DNA from: Marsupella aquatica
Taxonomy: Eukaryota; Plantae; Marchantiophyta
Length of the DNA: 64,000 nt
Reading direction: 5' to 3'
NCBI GenBank assembly: GCA_973895155.1
Contig: OZ316892.1
Location: forward strand, 18,218,357-18,282,356
Below are positions 35,611-48,900 of the stretch, in pieces (the stretch's first letter is position 1; every line of letters starts with the position of its first letter). Under the pieces are notes generated by a model. It saw nothing but the letters and a program-made list of their open reading frames with translations, was not told where the DNA came from and ran no database searches. Position numbers and translations under genes: made by a program.

Positions 35611-37796
35611 TTCTGCTCCAAATCCAACGACACCTTTCTCGCGCACAGCTCCAAGCTCTCACCGAATTCTGGAACCATTTCGCGTCAAATTCAGCAATTT
35701 CTGGACACCCTCTGCGCGCCTTTGGGGGGAATCGTCTCAAATTCAGGAATTGACAATCTGACATCAGGAATCCTTCGTCGGAACTGTACGTTGTTTTCGT
35801 CTCCAACGAAGAGGACAGTGGTAATAACGCGCCAAACCTCAATAACGTTTCTGTTATTCCCTTTCTTGAAAACCGCAACTTGTACCGCGGTACAGTCCCA
35901 TTTGGCCATTTCCCTCACGTAGACTCTGCAACGCTTTTGCTCGTACTGCATTGTACAGTACTTTGTTTTTGCCAAATCATTTTCAACTCTTTTTCCACTC
36001 TTTTTATTTTTATTTTTATTCTGTTCCTTTTTCCTTCGCGCTTAGAAGACAAACCCAAATTTCAAATCCAAATTAAGTTCATAATTATGTTACTTTCTTT
36101 AATTAACGCGAGACAAGTAGAAGACAAATCTCAAAATGCATTGTCTTCCATAAAGTTCAAGAATATAGAAAGTAAAACACCTTGGGATTTAAGTTCTTGG
36201 AGGCATTTTGAAACTTGTACTCTACTTGTCTAAACGATAATAGGGATTTAAAATATCTGGGGATTAATATGTATTAACTTCTTGCTACTAGGGGCCTCAA
36301 AGTTTGGGAGAAACTCCTCACTTTGGGGCATTAGGGAGTCTCAAACCTCAAAATTTGATGGACCTTAGTTTGAAAACATTAAAAACTACCAAATTCATGA
36401 TACATAACTTTTTGTGATTGTTTTCAGAACTAAAAACTAGCAAAATTTCAGGGGAAAGGAGACCAAAAAAGGGCTACCATGGCCAAATGATTCATAAAGA
36501 CTGATCATATGTCATGACCATAAGTCATTGTAGAGGCTAGTGAAAAAATGGTTTTACAAAACCCATCTGTGAGAAAGGTATGGTCATTTGTTTGTGGCCA
36601 AAACGATAATCAGTAACTATACTATGAAGCTCTGAGAGTCCCTATTTATATTCCACAACGAAACGGGCATGAAACGACGTTCCCACTGATGTAAGGAGTT
36701 GTGTTACTCGGTAAAGAGACAGTTTTCTGTACAATAATAATAATAATAATGTGGCTCAATTGCGGGCGCAGTCATGCAACTCAGCAACTCCATCTCTACA
36801 ACGTGCCAAGGCAGCGAGTTCTCAGTGACTCAGTGTTCACTCGTGATTTCCCGACAGATTCGCCTCTGGAAGCCCGCAAACCACGCTGCTCAATCAGTTA
36901 CGTTTCATTTCCTTAAAACTGGGAAATCAGGCTTTTCAGTATGGCAGCAGAGAAATCATCATCACCACTAACATTCTTCTGCGAGTTAAATTCTCCACAG
37001 TCGCCCATGTTCTCCTCCGTCAGATCTTCGAGAAGGCTGACATGGCCACACTTGGGCCGTCAGATTGATGGAATTCTTATTTTTCTCGACCTCGGTCCTA
37101 TCTGTGGCACTTTTGGACGGACGCACGGGTTTTCCGAGTGCCGGACGGACGTGCATCGGTTCCCGGACTTTGCTCAGGTACTTTGTCTGTTGCAGTGTTG
37201 GGGAGTCAGTCACTTGAGGTCTCCAGCTCTTTGAGTCACATGACTAGCGTTTTCTCTAGTGTCGAATTTCGCCAAATTCAAGGGCGAAATTCAGGGGATA
37301 AATTTCGCCAAAATTTATCTTTCCTTTCTTTGTGTCTAAGAGTATTGAGACCACTCTTTAACTGCCGTGAAGCCTGACTACTCAGGGGACTACTCAGGGG
37401 CTTCAGGCATGAAATTCTCTGTGTATGATATGAGGGCGACTACGTGCAAGACAACTCTTAAAAAAACGTTACACACGAGCCTTTTTCGTTTGAGGCTATG
37501 GAGCTCACCTTTGAGAGCGGTCGTGGACGGTCTTCGCAAGCTCGGACCGAAGCGTTGAATGGATGAATCACGTCCCATATATTCCTCGTCCACTACCGAA
37601 ATCGAGCGAGCGAGCGCAGTCATGATGGCGGATCGTTTCATTTTCTGTGCGGGGTGCGATACGGTACAGTCGAATGAGCACGGTCTCCCAGATACGGTGA
37701 GCAATTAATTGAATTGAGAAGATAGTGAGAGAGAGAGCTTGTGACAGTGGTGACAGGCCGGGGGGCAGAGAGCTCGAGATTCATAGAGAGAGCGAG

Positions 37797-39542
37797 ATGT
37801 TGCTCGAGATGGCATTGGCAGAATTTTCAGACGAGCGGGACTGGAACGTGTGGAGTGGCAGCAGCAGCCCTGAACCTGGAGAGAGCCCCGTTGACTCACC
37901 TCCGCGCCGATTGTACCACTCCCCCTACGAGAGAGTAGCATCAGGTAGCAGATTGGATTGGGGGAGACATAACAACGAGGTAGAACTGGGGAGCAAGAGC
38001 AGCAGTAATAGAAGTTTGCAACACCAGGTCAGCGCGGACGTCGAGGTTGAGCAGGATTACCCATCACGTTTACACACATTACAAAAAGTGTCTGTCGCTC
38101 GGAGAGAGGAGCCGTCGTTGCATCGTATCACGTCGAAGGAGACATTTTATTGGGACGAGGCTGTAGAAAGCGTGCCACTTGAATGGGAGGATTCTCCCGG
38201 GAGGTCCAGGATGGTGCAGGAATCGAGATCTTTCGGCAGATCTAGCCATCCTGAGCCCCTACCGTTGCCTCTAGCCTTCCGGCCCTTATCTATTACTAGT
38301 CCTAGATCGTTCCGCACTATTGCGAGTCCACTTCGAGGAGCTGCTAGTCCACTTAGGGGAGGGAGTGGGAATGGGATAGGAGGGAAAGTGAAGAGCATTC
38401 TCAGTGGTAAAGCTCCAACGAGCAATGTGAAGGAGAATGTGAAAGAGGACACCTACGCAGCTTTTCCTGAGAGGGCAGCTTTTCCTGAGAGGACAGCCAA
38501 CTTCGCAGTTTTCCCTGAAAGAACAGCTTTGCCTGCTGAGAGGGGAGCTCCTGATTTTCCAGGGCGTGGACGAGCAGATGTTGATCGAGTACAGTCCGAT
38601 TCATCAGACGATGGGGAAGGGACATCGCCTGTAAGCACACTGGATCTCCCAATGAGTCCTGTTACTCCCTCATACCTCACTCCCACATATTCTCCCCAAC
38701 AACAAGGTCCTCAACTAGGACATGAGAGTGTGATCAGGAGACAACAGGCCAAACTGATGCAGGCCAGGCCCCTGCCAACCAGCCATTGGACAAACACGCT
38801 CATGTCTGAAGAGCTTCCCGCGGTCATGGAGGAAGATGAGGAGGAGAATGTCGATGTGGAATCCGTGTATGGTTACCACACGATGGAGTTTCAGACAATC
38901 GAGAGCAGCCCTTCGACTAGTGAGGATCACCGCTCAGATTGGAGAATGTCCGGAAGAGATCACGGTCCTTCGAAAAGTTGGAGCGCTCCAAATTCTCGTC
39001 AGAACAGCTCACTGAGACCCCCGGGAGCACAGAGTCGCGGTCGCAGAAGATCCGACTTCGATTGGCCGGAGGATTTCGAGGAGCGGCCGGAAGAAGTCGT
39101 GAAGGAGGTTGATGAGTCTCTCTGGGCCTTCTCTCCCGTAAATTCCACGTTCGTCTTCTCTGGCAACGATAACAACACGGCTGATAGTAGAGGCCGTTCG
39201 CCTGCCGCGCCTCGAGTTAACGGTGGTCTTACGCCTCCCACAGCCTCCCCTGGCTTAGGGTCCTTGTTAGACCTCAAAACCCTCAAGACAAGTATAGTGA
39301 GATCTGCCTCTTCAAAAGCGAGAAAATCAACCGAAGTTGAATTCCCGAGGCAGCGATCCTCTCGATTACGACAGTACAACGTCAACGGTGACAATGAATA
39401 CGCCTCCGGCCCAATGAAGAGATCATATTCCTGCCTGGTAAGTTGCCACACTGTCGTTTCCATCATTTTCTTTTTCGCAATTGCCCATTGCTATTGTATG
39501 ATTTTTACTTTTTTGTTTTAGCAAGGATCTGCTACGTGGTAG
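37797..39542 (+). CDS. Ser/Pro/Arg/Glu-rich, probably disordered protein of unknown function; exons 37797-39437 and 39522-39542 (about 553 aa)
   Basis: Open frame of about 1.7 kb with first ATG at 37797; strong donor CTG|GTAAGT and acceptor TTTTAG give the C-terminus ...SYSCLQGSATW*; no recognisable folded domain. Confidence 0.72.
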
Positions 39543-40963
39543 AATGTTCGTGCGAGGTCTGAAGGTACTTGTAAGACGTGAATTTGTCGCTAGATTAATT
39601 CCTAACGCCAAGGACCTCTATGTCTCTGTGATCGCTTGCGCTGCAGCCATTCTTCTCGTTGTGCAGTACACAGAGACCCACAGCGATCAGTTTTTCACAG
39701 CGTCTCGCCCCCACTCTCTCCAATGTGAGCAACTGACGTCCGCTTCATGCTGCGTACCGCATCGACAGCATTCTCTGGCAGGTAACGATCTCGATGAGAA
39801 AACTTTTCCCGATACTCTCTGCGTCATATCCAAGTCGCTACGACTGAAGCTGAATTAATGAATGAAATGGGTGACAGACGTCAATTTAGTTACGCAATTT
39901 TTTCAGAGGAACACTATTTCGTAGGAATGGCATGCCGAGAGTGATAAAGACTAGACTCTATCGCCACGTACCCCCCATGTCCCTTTCGACCGCCACCCTC
40001 GTCCCTGAGCGGAGAAGGGCAATAAATTTCTTGCAAACGAGCAGTTAAGGGCAATTGTGACATACCGCCTGATGCCGTCATGAATCGTACACTGATCGAC
40101 TACTGTTGCAGTCTAGCTATAGACCGAGCAGTTTGCCATTGCGTTTGCCTCTGGCAAATCATTCTTTGATATGATCTTACTCCACTCAACTGCAGTCGTT
40201 TATAATTCAATTCTGATGCATGCGACCCCTATTTTTTTTCATTTTTGTCTTCGATGTTTGGAGAAATTCAATCGTTAAACAGTTACCATCTTCGCATGTC
40301 AACCGACTGTGTGATCAAAGTACTAAATGTAGTGAGTAGTACCTTAATCACGGAGTTTATTCCAGTAATTTCATGTTGCTGGTGCCCATTTAGTGATATT
40401 GTAATGAGGATTTTGTAATGAGTCACACGCCTTTCCGCACATTGCAGAGTCCTAACAGATGCGTGGCATGTTGGCAGGTGCCTGAAGGATTTCGTACCGC
40501 ACAAGTGCCACTATCTTCACAATGAAACTGTGAATACTAAGTTTTGCTTCACAAGGATCATCCTATGTTGCGATAAGAACAATGGGGTTTTCTGATCGTG
40601 GAGTTCATTCGCGCTCTAGGAATTCATCCTTGGTCTTACATCTATTGCGACACATCTCGTTCTCCTCTGAGAATCAAGGTGTATTACAGTACACAGATAT
40701 TCAGGATCTTTCTTGAATTCAACCGAACGGAGAGAATTATCGCAGGAGAGATCCAGGATTGCGCTTGAATCTCTCCGCAAACGCAGTTCGTCTTTCGTGA
40801 CTGGACTACCAGCCATGAAAACTACGCATCAAGGCAAAACCCTCCGGCGGGTATGTAAAGCTGTGACGGCTAGAAGCTAGAAAGCTGATGTATCTATGAC
40901 TCGTTCTAGAAAATGAAATTCTTTTCTTTAGATGATGCGTGACGATCCCGTGACAATCTCTAA

Positions 40964-41205
40964 AGCGACCTTGTGAATTGAAATGTGTGACAGCACACCG
41001 CTGTGATGTTCTTTCTTGCCATTTCTGAGGAATGCGTGAACTGTGCATTGTCTTCACGGACTGGATTGCAGTTGGTGTTACAGCGAGCTTGTGAATTGAA
41101 ATGTGTGACAGCACACCGCTGTCATGTTCTTTCTTTCTTTCTTGCCATGTCTGAGGAATGCGTGAACTGTACATTGTCTTCACGGACTGGATTGCAGTTG
41201 GTGTT
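40964..41205 (+). repeat. Tandem duplication of about 120 bp
   Basis: cttgtgaattgaaatgtgtgacagcacaccgctgt...cacggactggattgcagttggtgtt occurs twice. Confidence 0.88.
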
Positions 41206-41932
41206 GTTTGCCGAGCGTGTTGTACTGTATGCACATTATTTTGTATTCCTGAGAACTTTAGTTGTACTTCATGGGCGCTGTAGTCATCGTGAGCGATCGT
41301 GAGTCGGCATTCGCGTCGACCAGCCGACATGAAACACATTCGCCGGAGATGATTTCGGTGATGTTTCATGTCTCTCAATCTGCGATGTGCATGGTTGACG
41401 GATTGAGTACGTTTGAGACTTGCTTGGCTAACAATTTGTATATATGTTAAAGGGGAGGGCTCATTTACCCTACTACTTTCATTTAGGAGGTCTCGAGACA
41501 TGGATGGATTTTACAATGCTTTGAATTATGACTGAAATCTTCTAGGTTAAAAATCAACCAGAAAAAGCTTCCCCAACTTGTCCATTGCGTTGTTTTTGGG
41601 TCTTGAACATTCAAATGAAAATTCATGAAGTCTTACTGACACCATAAGATGAATGGGCACCATAAGATGAATGGGCAGCTTGAGCCCAGAGGACCTTGGT
41701 TTTTCGTGCACAAAAAAAGAAGTTTTCCATAGGGGTGATAGAGCCCAGAGGACCAAGCGAGAGGGGTGTATGTGCAGATGAAAGATTCCATTGCATTTAT
41801 AATGCTGTGCCCAATTTGCTCTCAATCTCAATTTCCAAATGAAATGTTGAGCCGCCTGAGAAACCCTTCTGTGGGTTTTGCTCCCACCTCTCTCAACCAT
41901 GGTTTCCAACTAGAACAATTTGGCTTTTCAAC

Positions 41933-42953
41933 TAACCTGTCCCTCAAACTACCCAAGTTTTCTAACCTGTCCCTCAAACAAAGGTAACCTACAGATTAAC
42001 CCACAGACCTCCCCGTCCCCCGCCCCCCCCCCTTGGTGACAATCCGCAGCACAAAGGTCCCAATCATATTTTTTTCTGTATTTTAAAAATCAGCCAAGGT
42101 GGCTCCTTACTGGCCTATGGAGTAAGGAAAGTTGGTTACTCCATCTACTTTGGGTTACAGCCAACTGGCTAATAGTCTCTAGTTGAGAGTAATTCCAAAG
42201 TTTAGTAGAGCACTCATGTGGCGAATGGCAACTTGAACAGCTCTGCTAGCTCATTCTTGGGAAACTTCATGGCTCCGTTAGTTCATTCTTGGAAAACTCA
42301 TGGCAACTCGAACAGCTCGGCTAGCTCATTCTTGGGAAACTTCATGGCTCGGTTAGTTCATTCTTGGAAAAACTCCTTTAGCTCATTGTCGACTACTGGC
42401 AACTATATAAATCTCATGGTAATGAGCAGCAGGCAAACAACCCTTATCTTGCCAAGGGCTTGCTGGCAAATGATGCCAACCTTGATCCTGATGTGGCTAA
42501 ATAGTTGTCATTTATTCCAAAACTTAGCCAAGTATCATTAGCCAGCCCTTTCTAGGTAAGTCTTTGACAAGTTTTGGCCTACAAAAGAATGGCTGGTCCC
42601 AGGCCTCCCAAGTTAGCTGTTGAAGAGGACATTCACTTTTAGGTTGAGAAAATATGCAGACATATGTGTCAATTTGTGAATAAATATGAGGGTTGAAAAC
42701 ATAACAAATTTTCAGCCCAAAACACTGCTCGTTTTTGCTGCTGATCAAGGCCTTGGCAGAAAGCGGCTGGCCAGCAGCAAGGGGGGAGCGGGAGGGCTGT
42801 GGGTTAATCTGTAGCCAATGGCACCTTGCCATGTGGCAGTGGGAAGCCCTAACCAGTGAGAACAACAGTTCTGGAACCATGGCTGAGTTAGTGGTAACCC
42901 ATATACTAAAAGGGGGACAAGTTGATTCTTAATTTTGTTTGAGGGACAGGTTA
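41933..42953. mobile_element. Non-autonomous TIR element (MITE/MULE-like) with an internal 69-bp tandem duplication (about 42226-42370)
   Basis: 20-bp perfect inverted repeat taacctgtccctcaaacaaa (41963-41982) / tttgtttgagggacaggtta (42934-42953); second inverted pair ctacagattaacccacag / ctgtgggttaatctgtag; TSD not identified. Confidence 0.65.
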
Positions 42954-45900
42954 TTTAAAAACAGATGGTCTTCTATCAACAGTTTCTCCAGGCATATTCT
43001 TGTGTACTGGCCTGTGTAGCCTGCCTGTGCATTCCATATTATTGTGGATAATGAATGATGTTCAGTGGGAGTTTTGTCTATGTGATGGCCAGATAATTGG
43101 ACATTGTGGGCAATCAGGCAGTTGGCCTAGTAAGTGTATTCTGAGTAGTGAAGTGTTGGATGCCAGTTGATCCTTGAATTGGCGCACAATGGCACCTTTA
43201 GGTTCATCTCATGGTCAGTAGAAAATATCATCATAATGGGGCTTGAACTCATGATTAAGAGAAAATATCACCTTAATCAAATAGCTAGGGATGTTTCACC
43301 CTAAAATGACATATTGTAAACAGACCTTGGGAATTTTTATTGCATTGTTTAGATGGTGAGGACAGGCTGACCAGTAAGCCATACCCACTTCACACCCTTG
43401 GGTAACCTAATTGGTGGAGTTACCCAAGTGTCCAAAGGGGTCAGCAACCCACTTGTTCAGTGTTGTTAGCAAATGACACAGCTAGTGCTTGAGCTGTGCC
43501 TAAGAGTTGCCAATGAAAAAAAAACAGTGTGAAGGTGTCTCTAGAAAGTGCCAGGAGAACACAAGATGACCAAGCCCTAGGGACATGCTTCCTGGTTCCA
43601 TCCAGGTTGTACCAACAACAAAGATGTGTGGCTTATATGACACAGGCTTGGATAATTCTTGAAACTAGGGGGTGTCAAGTTTCCCTTGAGGACCTGAGAC
43701 TCCTTGCAAATTGGCCAGGAAAAAATGGACAATTAGAGGTTTAGGGCCCTGCATACACAAAGTCTCTAGTGGCAAACCCAAGAGACCCTTCCCACAGCTG
43801 AAGAGGGGCCAATTGCACTTACAGCAAAGGCAAAGGTCAAAGACCCTGAGCAAAGTAAGACACAAGAAAGACCAACAATATAAATGGACCAAGCCATTGA
43901 ACCATGCAACCCGCATGGACACTCTTACTCATTGACATGGTTCCTATCTGGGGAAAATATGTTAGCAGTAAACTTTGACCTTCAATACCTCCTTTGATAT
44001 CTGACAGAATAATGAAAGTTATTGGGCTTGTTAGGACCAGTTTGGAAACACCTTTCCAACTAGTCTAATATTGTTTTCAGGAAGAACTGAGAGAAATATG
44101 AATTTATAAAGACTATTCGATCACTCATTCCAAATGGTTTTGAGCAGCTAACTTATACATTCAATATCTTCCCTGACTAGCCTTGACTATCCGTTCCTTG
44201 AACAGAAAGAGATGAGGACGAAAAGGTAACTTGCACAGAAAACTATTCCTAGTTGTTTTGGTTCATCTTTTACTCTGTGTTTTGTGAATTAGAGTAGAGT
44301 CACGGTCTAGAGGCTTCACTCTAGATCCTGTAGGCCTTTGCAGTAGCTTCTGTTCACAAATTATTAGTAAGATTCCGGTGGAAGTGACTGTTTTAGGGTT
44401 TTTAGATGTGGCTTGGACAGATATTCCATGGAGCCCCATATCTTTAAATCTCATGGAAATTGAAAGGCCAGCAACTTTCCAAATATTGTCTCACTCTTGT
44501 ATCAATTCCTTATTGGTGTATGATGTATCATATGAGCAGGAAAAAGTGTTTAGCTACAGGCCATCAGTTGTTGCAAAAGTATATCCCATTGTTTTTTACA
44601 AAGGCGGAGTTCCATCTGGGCTTCAACTTGGTTAAAATATACTAAGGGTAACAATGAGAGAAAGCAAAAGCCACACAACAATTGGGTTAACAGTTTTACA
44701 ATAGAATAAAGAAAGTGATATAGTTCAGAAATGTATTTCAACCAAATATACTTGATCACCTACTGTCAAGTAAAAAACCTAATGCAAATAGGAATGAATT
44801 AAAAAAAAAACATATCAAACACTAGATAGTATGTGGTCCTGCCATAACATTCTAAGTGGTCTGTTTTAGGAAATAAGTTTAAGCGAGACTCAATCCTAAG
44901 TTTTTTATGACTAATGAATCAGCCAAACCCCCTTTGTTCGGCACCAAACACTCAGTCTTGAAAACACTTTGAAAATTACAAGATGGCCAGGATGGTCGCA
45001 TGGACTCAAAGAAATAAAATGTCTCCAACAATGTTTTGTCTGACCTGCCTTTGTGTAAAATATTAAAAACTAAAACAGAAGAATCTTTACATAGAGGTTT
45101 GTCTCACCTGCCTTGACATCTTCTGTGCAACAAAGAGGCAATGGGATAGTTACGTAATAAAGATCATTAAATTAATTTTATGCCATTGTCTTTGTTTGTT
45201 TTGTTATTATCATTATAGTGTTTAATCATATAGATCATCTAATAATGTTTTAAACTGGTTTTAAACCATTTCTTACACTGAGACGGCTAGACTAGTCCCT
45301 AAAAATGCATTGTAATTTGTTCCCACGCCCTGCAGTACCTACACTGCAAATTATTATATGTGGTATACCTAGCCCGATTACCCGTTTCTTGACCTTAAAG
45401 AGAGGTAAGACCCAACAAAACCTTGCAAAAAATCTATGTTGTTTCTCCTTCATCATTGCCCCATCCCTGTTTTTGGTATGCTTTTCACTTTCATTTGTGT
45501 CCTTATTGATTTTGTCTTTATCGTAAGTTTCACTCTAGAAATCTAGACCCCAAGTCTAGCCTATTAATTGTTAATTATAGTTATATAGACGAACATTTAG
45601 TGACTTGGAGCTAAACTTTTAATACTAATTTGTTCATTGAACTAATCTGGTCACATGAGTTATGTGAGTAACTAGGGTCACACCAGGCTGGTTAACTGTT
45701 AAACCCTAAAGAGGGGCCAAGCTCAGTCCCACTTCTGCATTGCATTGCAATCTGTGAGCGGTTGAGGCAACACGGAAAGCAAAAATCCTATGCACGATCG
45801 GTGCACCGGAAGCCACATTCACCAGCTCGATGATGGTGGACTGAGCGCGTGCGTGAGCATGAATCGGATCCCGTGACGACGAGATGTTGGTGGCTCCGGT

Positions 45901-45971
45901 GGAGCAAAGTGCAATAGTCGAGCTTGGCAATTGCGGGGCGTTGCAGCGGATGAATTGAGCTGCGGATCATT

Positions 45972-48900
45972 ATGGCTGGTGCTGCCCGCATTCACGCAGC
46001 GCGCGTGGTGTCTGCATTCTCGAACAGCTTTGTCTCGGCGGCGATCGGCCCTTCCCGTTCTCTCGGTGCCGGAAATGTAACGAAGTCCGTGAATTTGATC
46101 TCACCCGTGGTCGGGATCCAACTATCCCCTGGAGAAGGAGGGGCATCTTGGCTGAAGAAGTCGTTTGCTACGTTTAATCGAACGTAAGATTTCTGCTTCC
46201 TCTCCACTCCCGGAACTGTCGTCCCGATTTGTCTTCCTCTCAAAATGGTGTCATAACGAACGCGGAGCTGAATTTGTAGATGATAAACAGTGTATTGAAG
46301 CTAAAATTTGCTTAGGGTTTTATAGATACCATGACGAAGAAATGTTTAAATAAGCAGATCTGCTGTGAAGTAGGAGGCTTTTGTTGTTTCACTTATGCTG
46401 TCACATTTGATGTCTACATCTTTTCCTTAGTTCTGTAAGTCAGGCTTTCTCAATGCAACTTTTGTACGCCAAACTGTCAACAATTATTCCCCGAAAACAA
46501 CAAGCATTCGAATTTTGCACCTCAATACATATTGAGGGGATCCGCCCGGGAAAGACTGAGTTATGCTGGAACTGCTCCTTGCATAGGATGTGATCAATTG
46601 TCTGAACTTAACTCGAAGACTCGCCCTATGGATAATTCTGGAAGAATTGATTCTTGTTTGGTTCTTTTCGAATATTTGGTCTCTTTCGTGAGTAATGTCC
46701 GTTTTGAAGACCTTGTGGACAACTAGTTGAGTCATTCAAGTCACTTTTCGGCCGTCAATTATGGAATTGTTGTCTCACCTTATACAATGCTTTTTTGGCC
46801 CAGTAAGCCACATCTTAACATAGGCACAATTGGACACGTGGACCACGGGAAAACAACTCTTACTGCTGCAATTACTCGGGTGAGAGACGACGATTTGTAG
46901 TTGAGGTTTTCTAAAGGAAAACCTTATTGGTTGTGTTCTTTTGCAAGATTAGTGTACTTCATACTTTGGAGCACCATATCGAATGTTTGAGCGGTCCTCG
47001 GATCTCCCTCAGAAATGGTTCTGCGACTCATGTTGCATGGTGTTGTGTCTGTTTATTTATTTCTCCAGTTAATGAAGGCAATGATAATGAGTGGTGTGCT
47101 GAAGCCAACCTTCCGTTTGGCAGATTCTGTTCTAATATAATCATTGTGGTGTGAGTAGGTTCTTGCTGACGAGGGTCGTGCGAAAGCAGTTGCATTCGAT
47201 GAGATTGATAAGGCCCCCGAAGAGAAAGCTCGGGGTATCACTATTGCAACAGTAAGCTGTCTATGTTTTCACTTGTGGTACTAGTAACATTTATGTTAGT
47301 TTACATGGTAAAAGTTTGGAGCCAACATCAACTGTCTGTGAGTTATTGCTAGAGGAAATTTTAAAGCCGGTCAAGTCACTCTGGCAATTCTTGGTTCTTT
47401 GTTTTGACAGGCACATGTGGAATATGAGACCGCGAATCGCCACTATGCACATGTCGATTGTCCAGGGCATGCTGATTATGTGAAGGTACGTTTTGAGATT
47501 TTCTGTTTGTGTCTGTGGCGAGGCATCGATTTGTGCTTTAATGAGTTTTTTCTGAGACTTCTGTAAGTTTGGTCGTTGATGGCATAGACATAGCACACTT
47601 TGGGATGGGCAAGGTATCCTCTACTCGAAACCCGGACTGAATTCTTATATTAACTTTGATCAGATAGCATTTAGTGCATTGGTTGTCAATTACCCTAGCA
47701 AGATTTCAAGTTAGATGTGCGATGAGGTCATCCAGTAGTGTGCATTCCTCTTCGCAAGTCAAGCTCTTTCTGTGCTGTTAACAGAAAGTACTAAGACCCG
47801 GAAGGGAATTGCTCACATTCTTGGTTAGTCAATTTCAAGGCCGACACGCACGAAGTGTTTATGCTGATGTTTATTTGCTGTCTCCTTACTTGTGATAGCC
47901 CTTGCACATTACTATTCCATCCATCCTAGATAATCATATAGGCAGGGTTTTCGATGGCCATACATGTACTTACACGGGTTTTATGTTCAGAATATGATTA
48001 CAGGAGCAGCACAGATGGATGGTGGAATTCTAGTGGTGTCTGCTCCGGATGGTCCGATGCCCCAGACGAAGGAGCACATTCTTCTTGCACGCCAGGTCAT
48101 TTATGTTTTTATGCTGTTGATGTGTTTATTAGACTCTTCAGTTGTGAGTCTCCTGATGGTGAACAGCAGTATTGAAAATATTCGAATTATTCTCAGTATC
48201 CAATCAAGAAGTAAAAGCGATGCACTAAATTTAACGTAAGGTTTGAGTTTAGAATACCGAAGCTTTTGCCATCCAGTTTTTCATATATCGAAAGTTGAAA
48301 TTTGTAGGTTGGCGTCCCATCCTTGGTGTGCTTTCTGAATAAGTGCGATGCAGTGGATGACGAAGAGTTGTTGGAGCTAGTTGAAATGGAGTTGAGAGGT
48401 ATGTTCAAAAATCTGCTTTTTCAGACTGAAGTGACCCGACTCATCCGAAGTGTGCTTGAGCTTATTCTAGGCATTCCAGGCTAAATGAGCTTACCGAAAG
48501 ACAGTACAACAGATCCTCTCTGTCAAGACATTCGGCCTCTTCGGAACCTAAAATTCACACAACAAAGACGGCATTGCGATCTCAATGACAAATTCCCTAA
48601 TATTTGAAACGTAGATGTAAAAAACAAAATACTTTAAAAAGCTCTCGCCTTCAAATGATAGAAAACGTGCAGGATGTTATATGTTGAACACGGTCCTGTC
48701 CCACAGGAAACGATTGGAAGGTAACGAAATAGGCTTCTGCTCTTATTATCGGAGAAACATGGTATATGGGTACGCAATACAGGGACAGTCAACCGTTTAA
48801 ATTTTTTGTGGGTAATTGCTCATAGCAAGGATCTGCGTTGTTTAGTGAGGGTTCCGTACCCTAGCTTATACCTATTCCAAACCTGGAACCCGCCCTACAC

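Noticed and set aside
38147-39466. Minus-strand ORFs overlapping the 37797 gene
   Set aside because: Shadow ORFs of a GC-rich coding strand
40806-41501. 231-aa minus-strand ORF with an internal peptide repeat
   Set aside because: The repeat simply reflects the 120-bp tandem duplication; no domain or splice support
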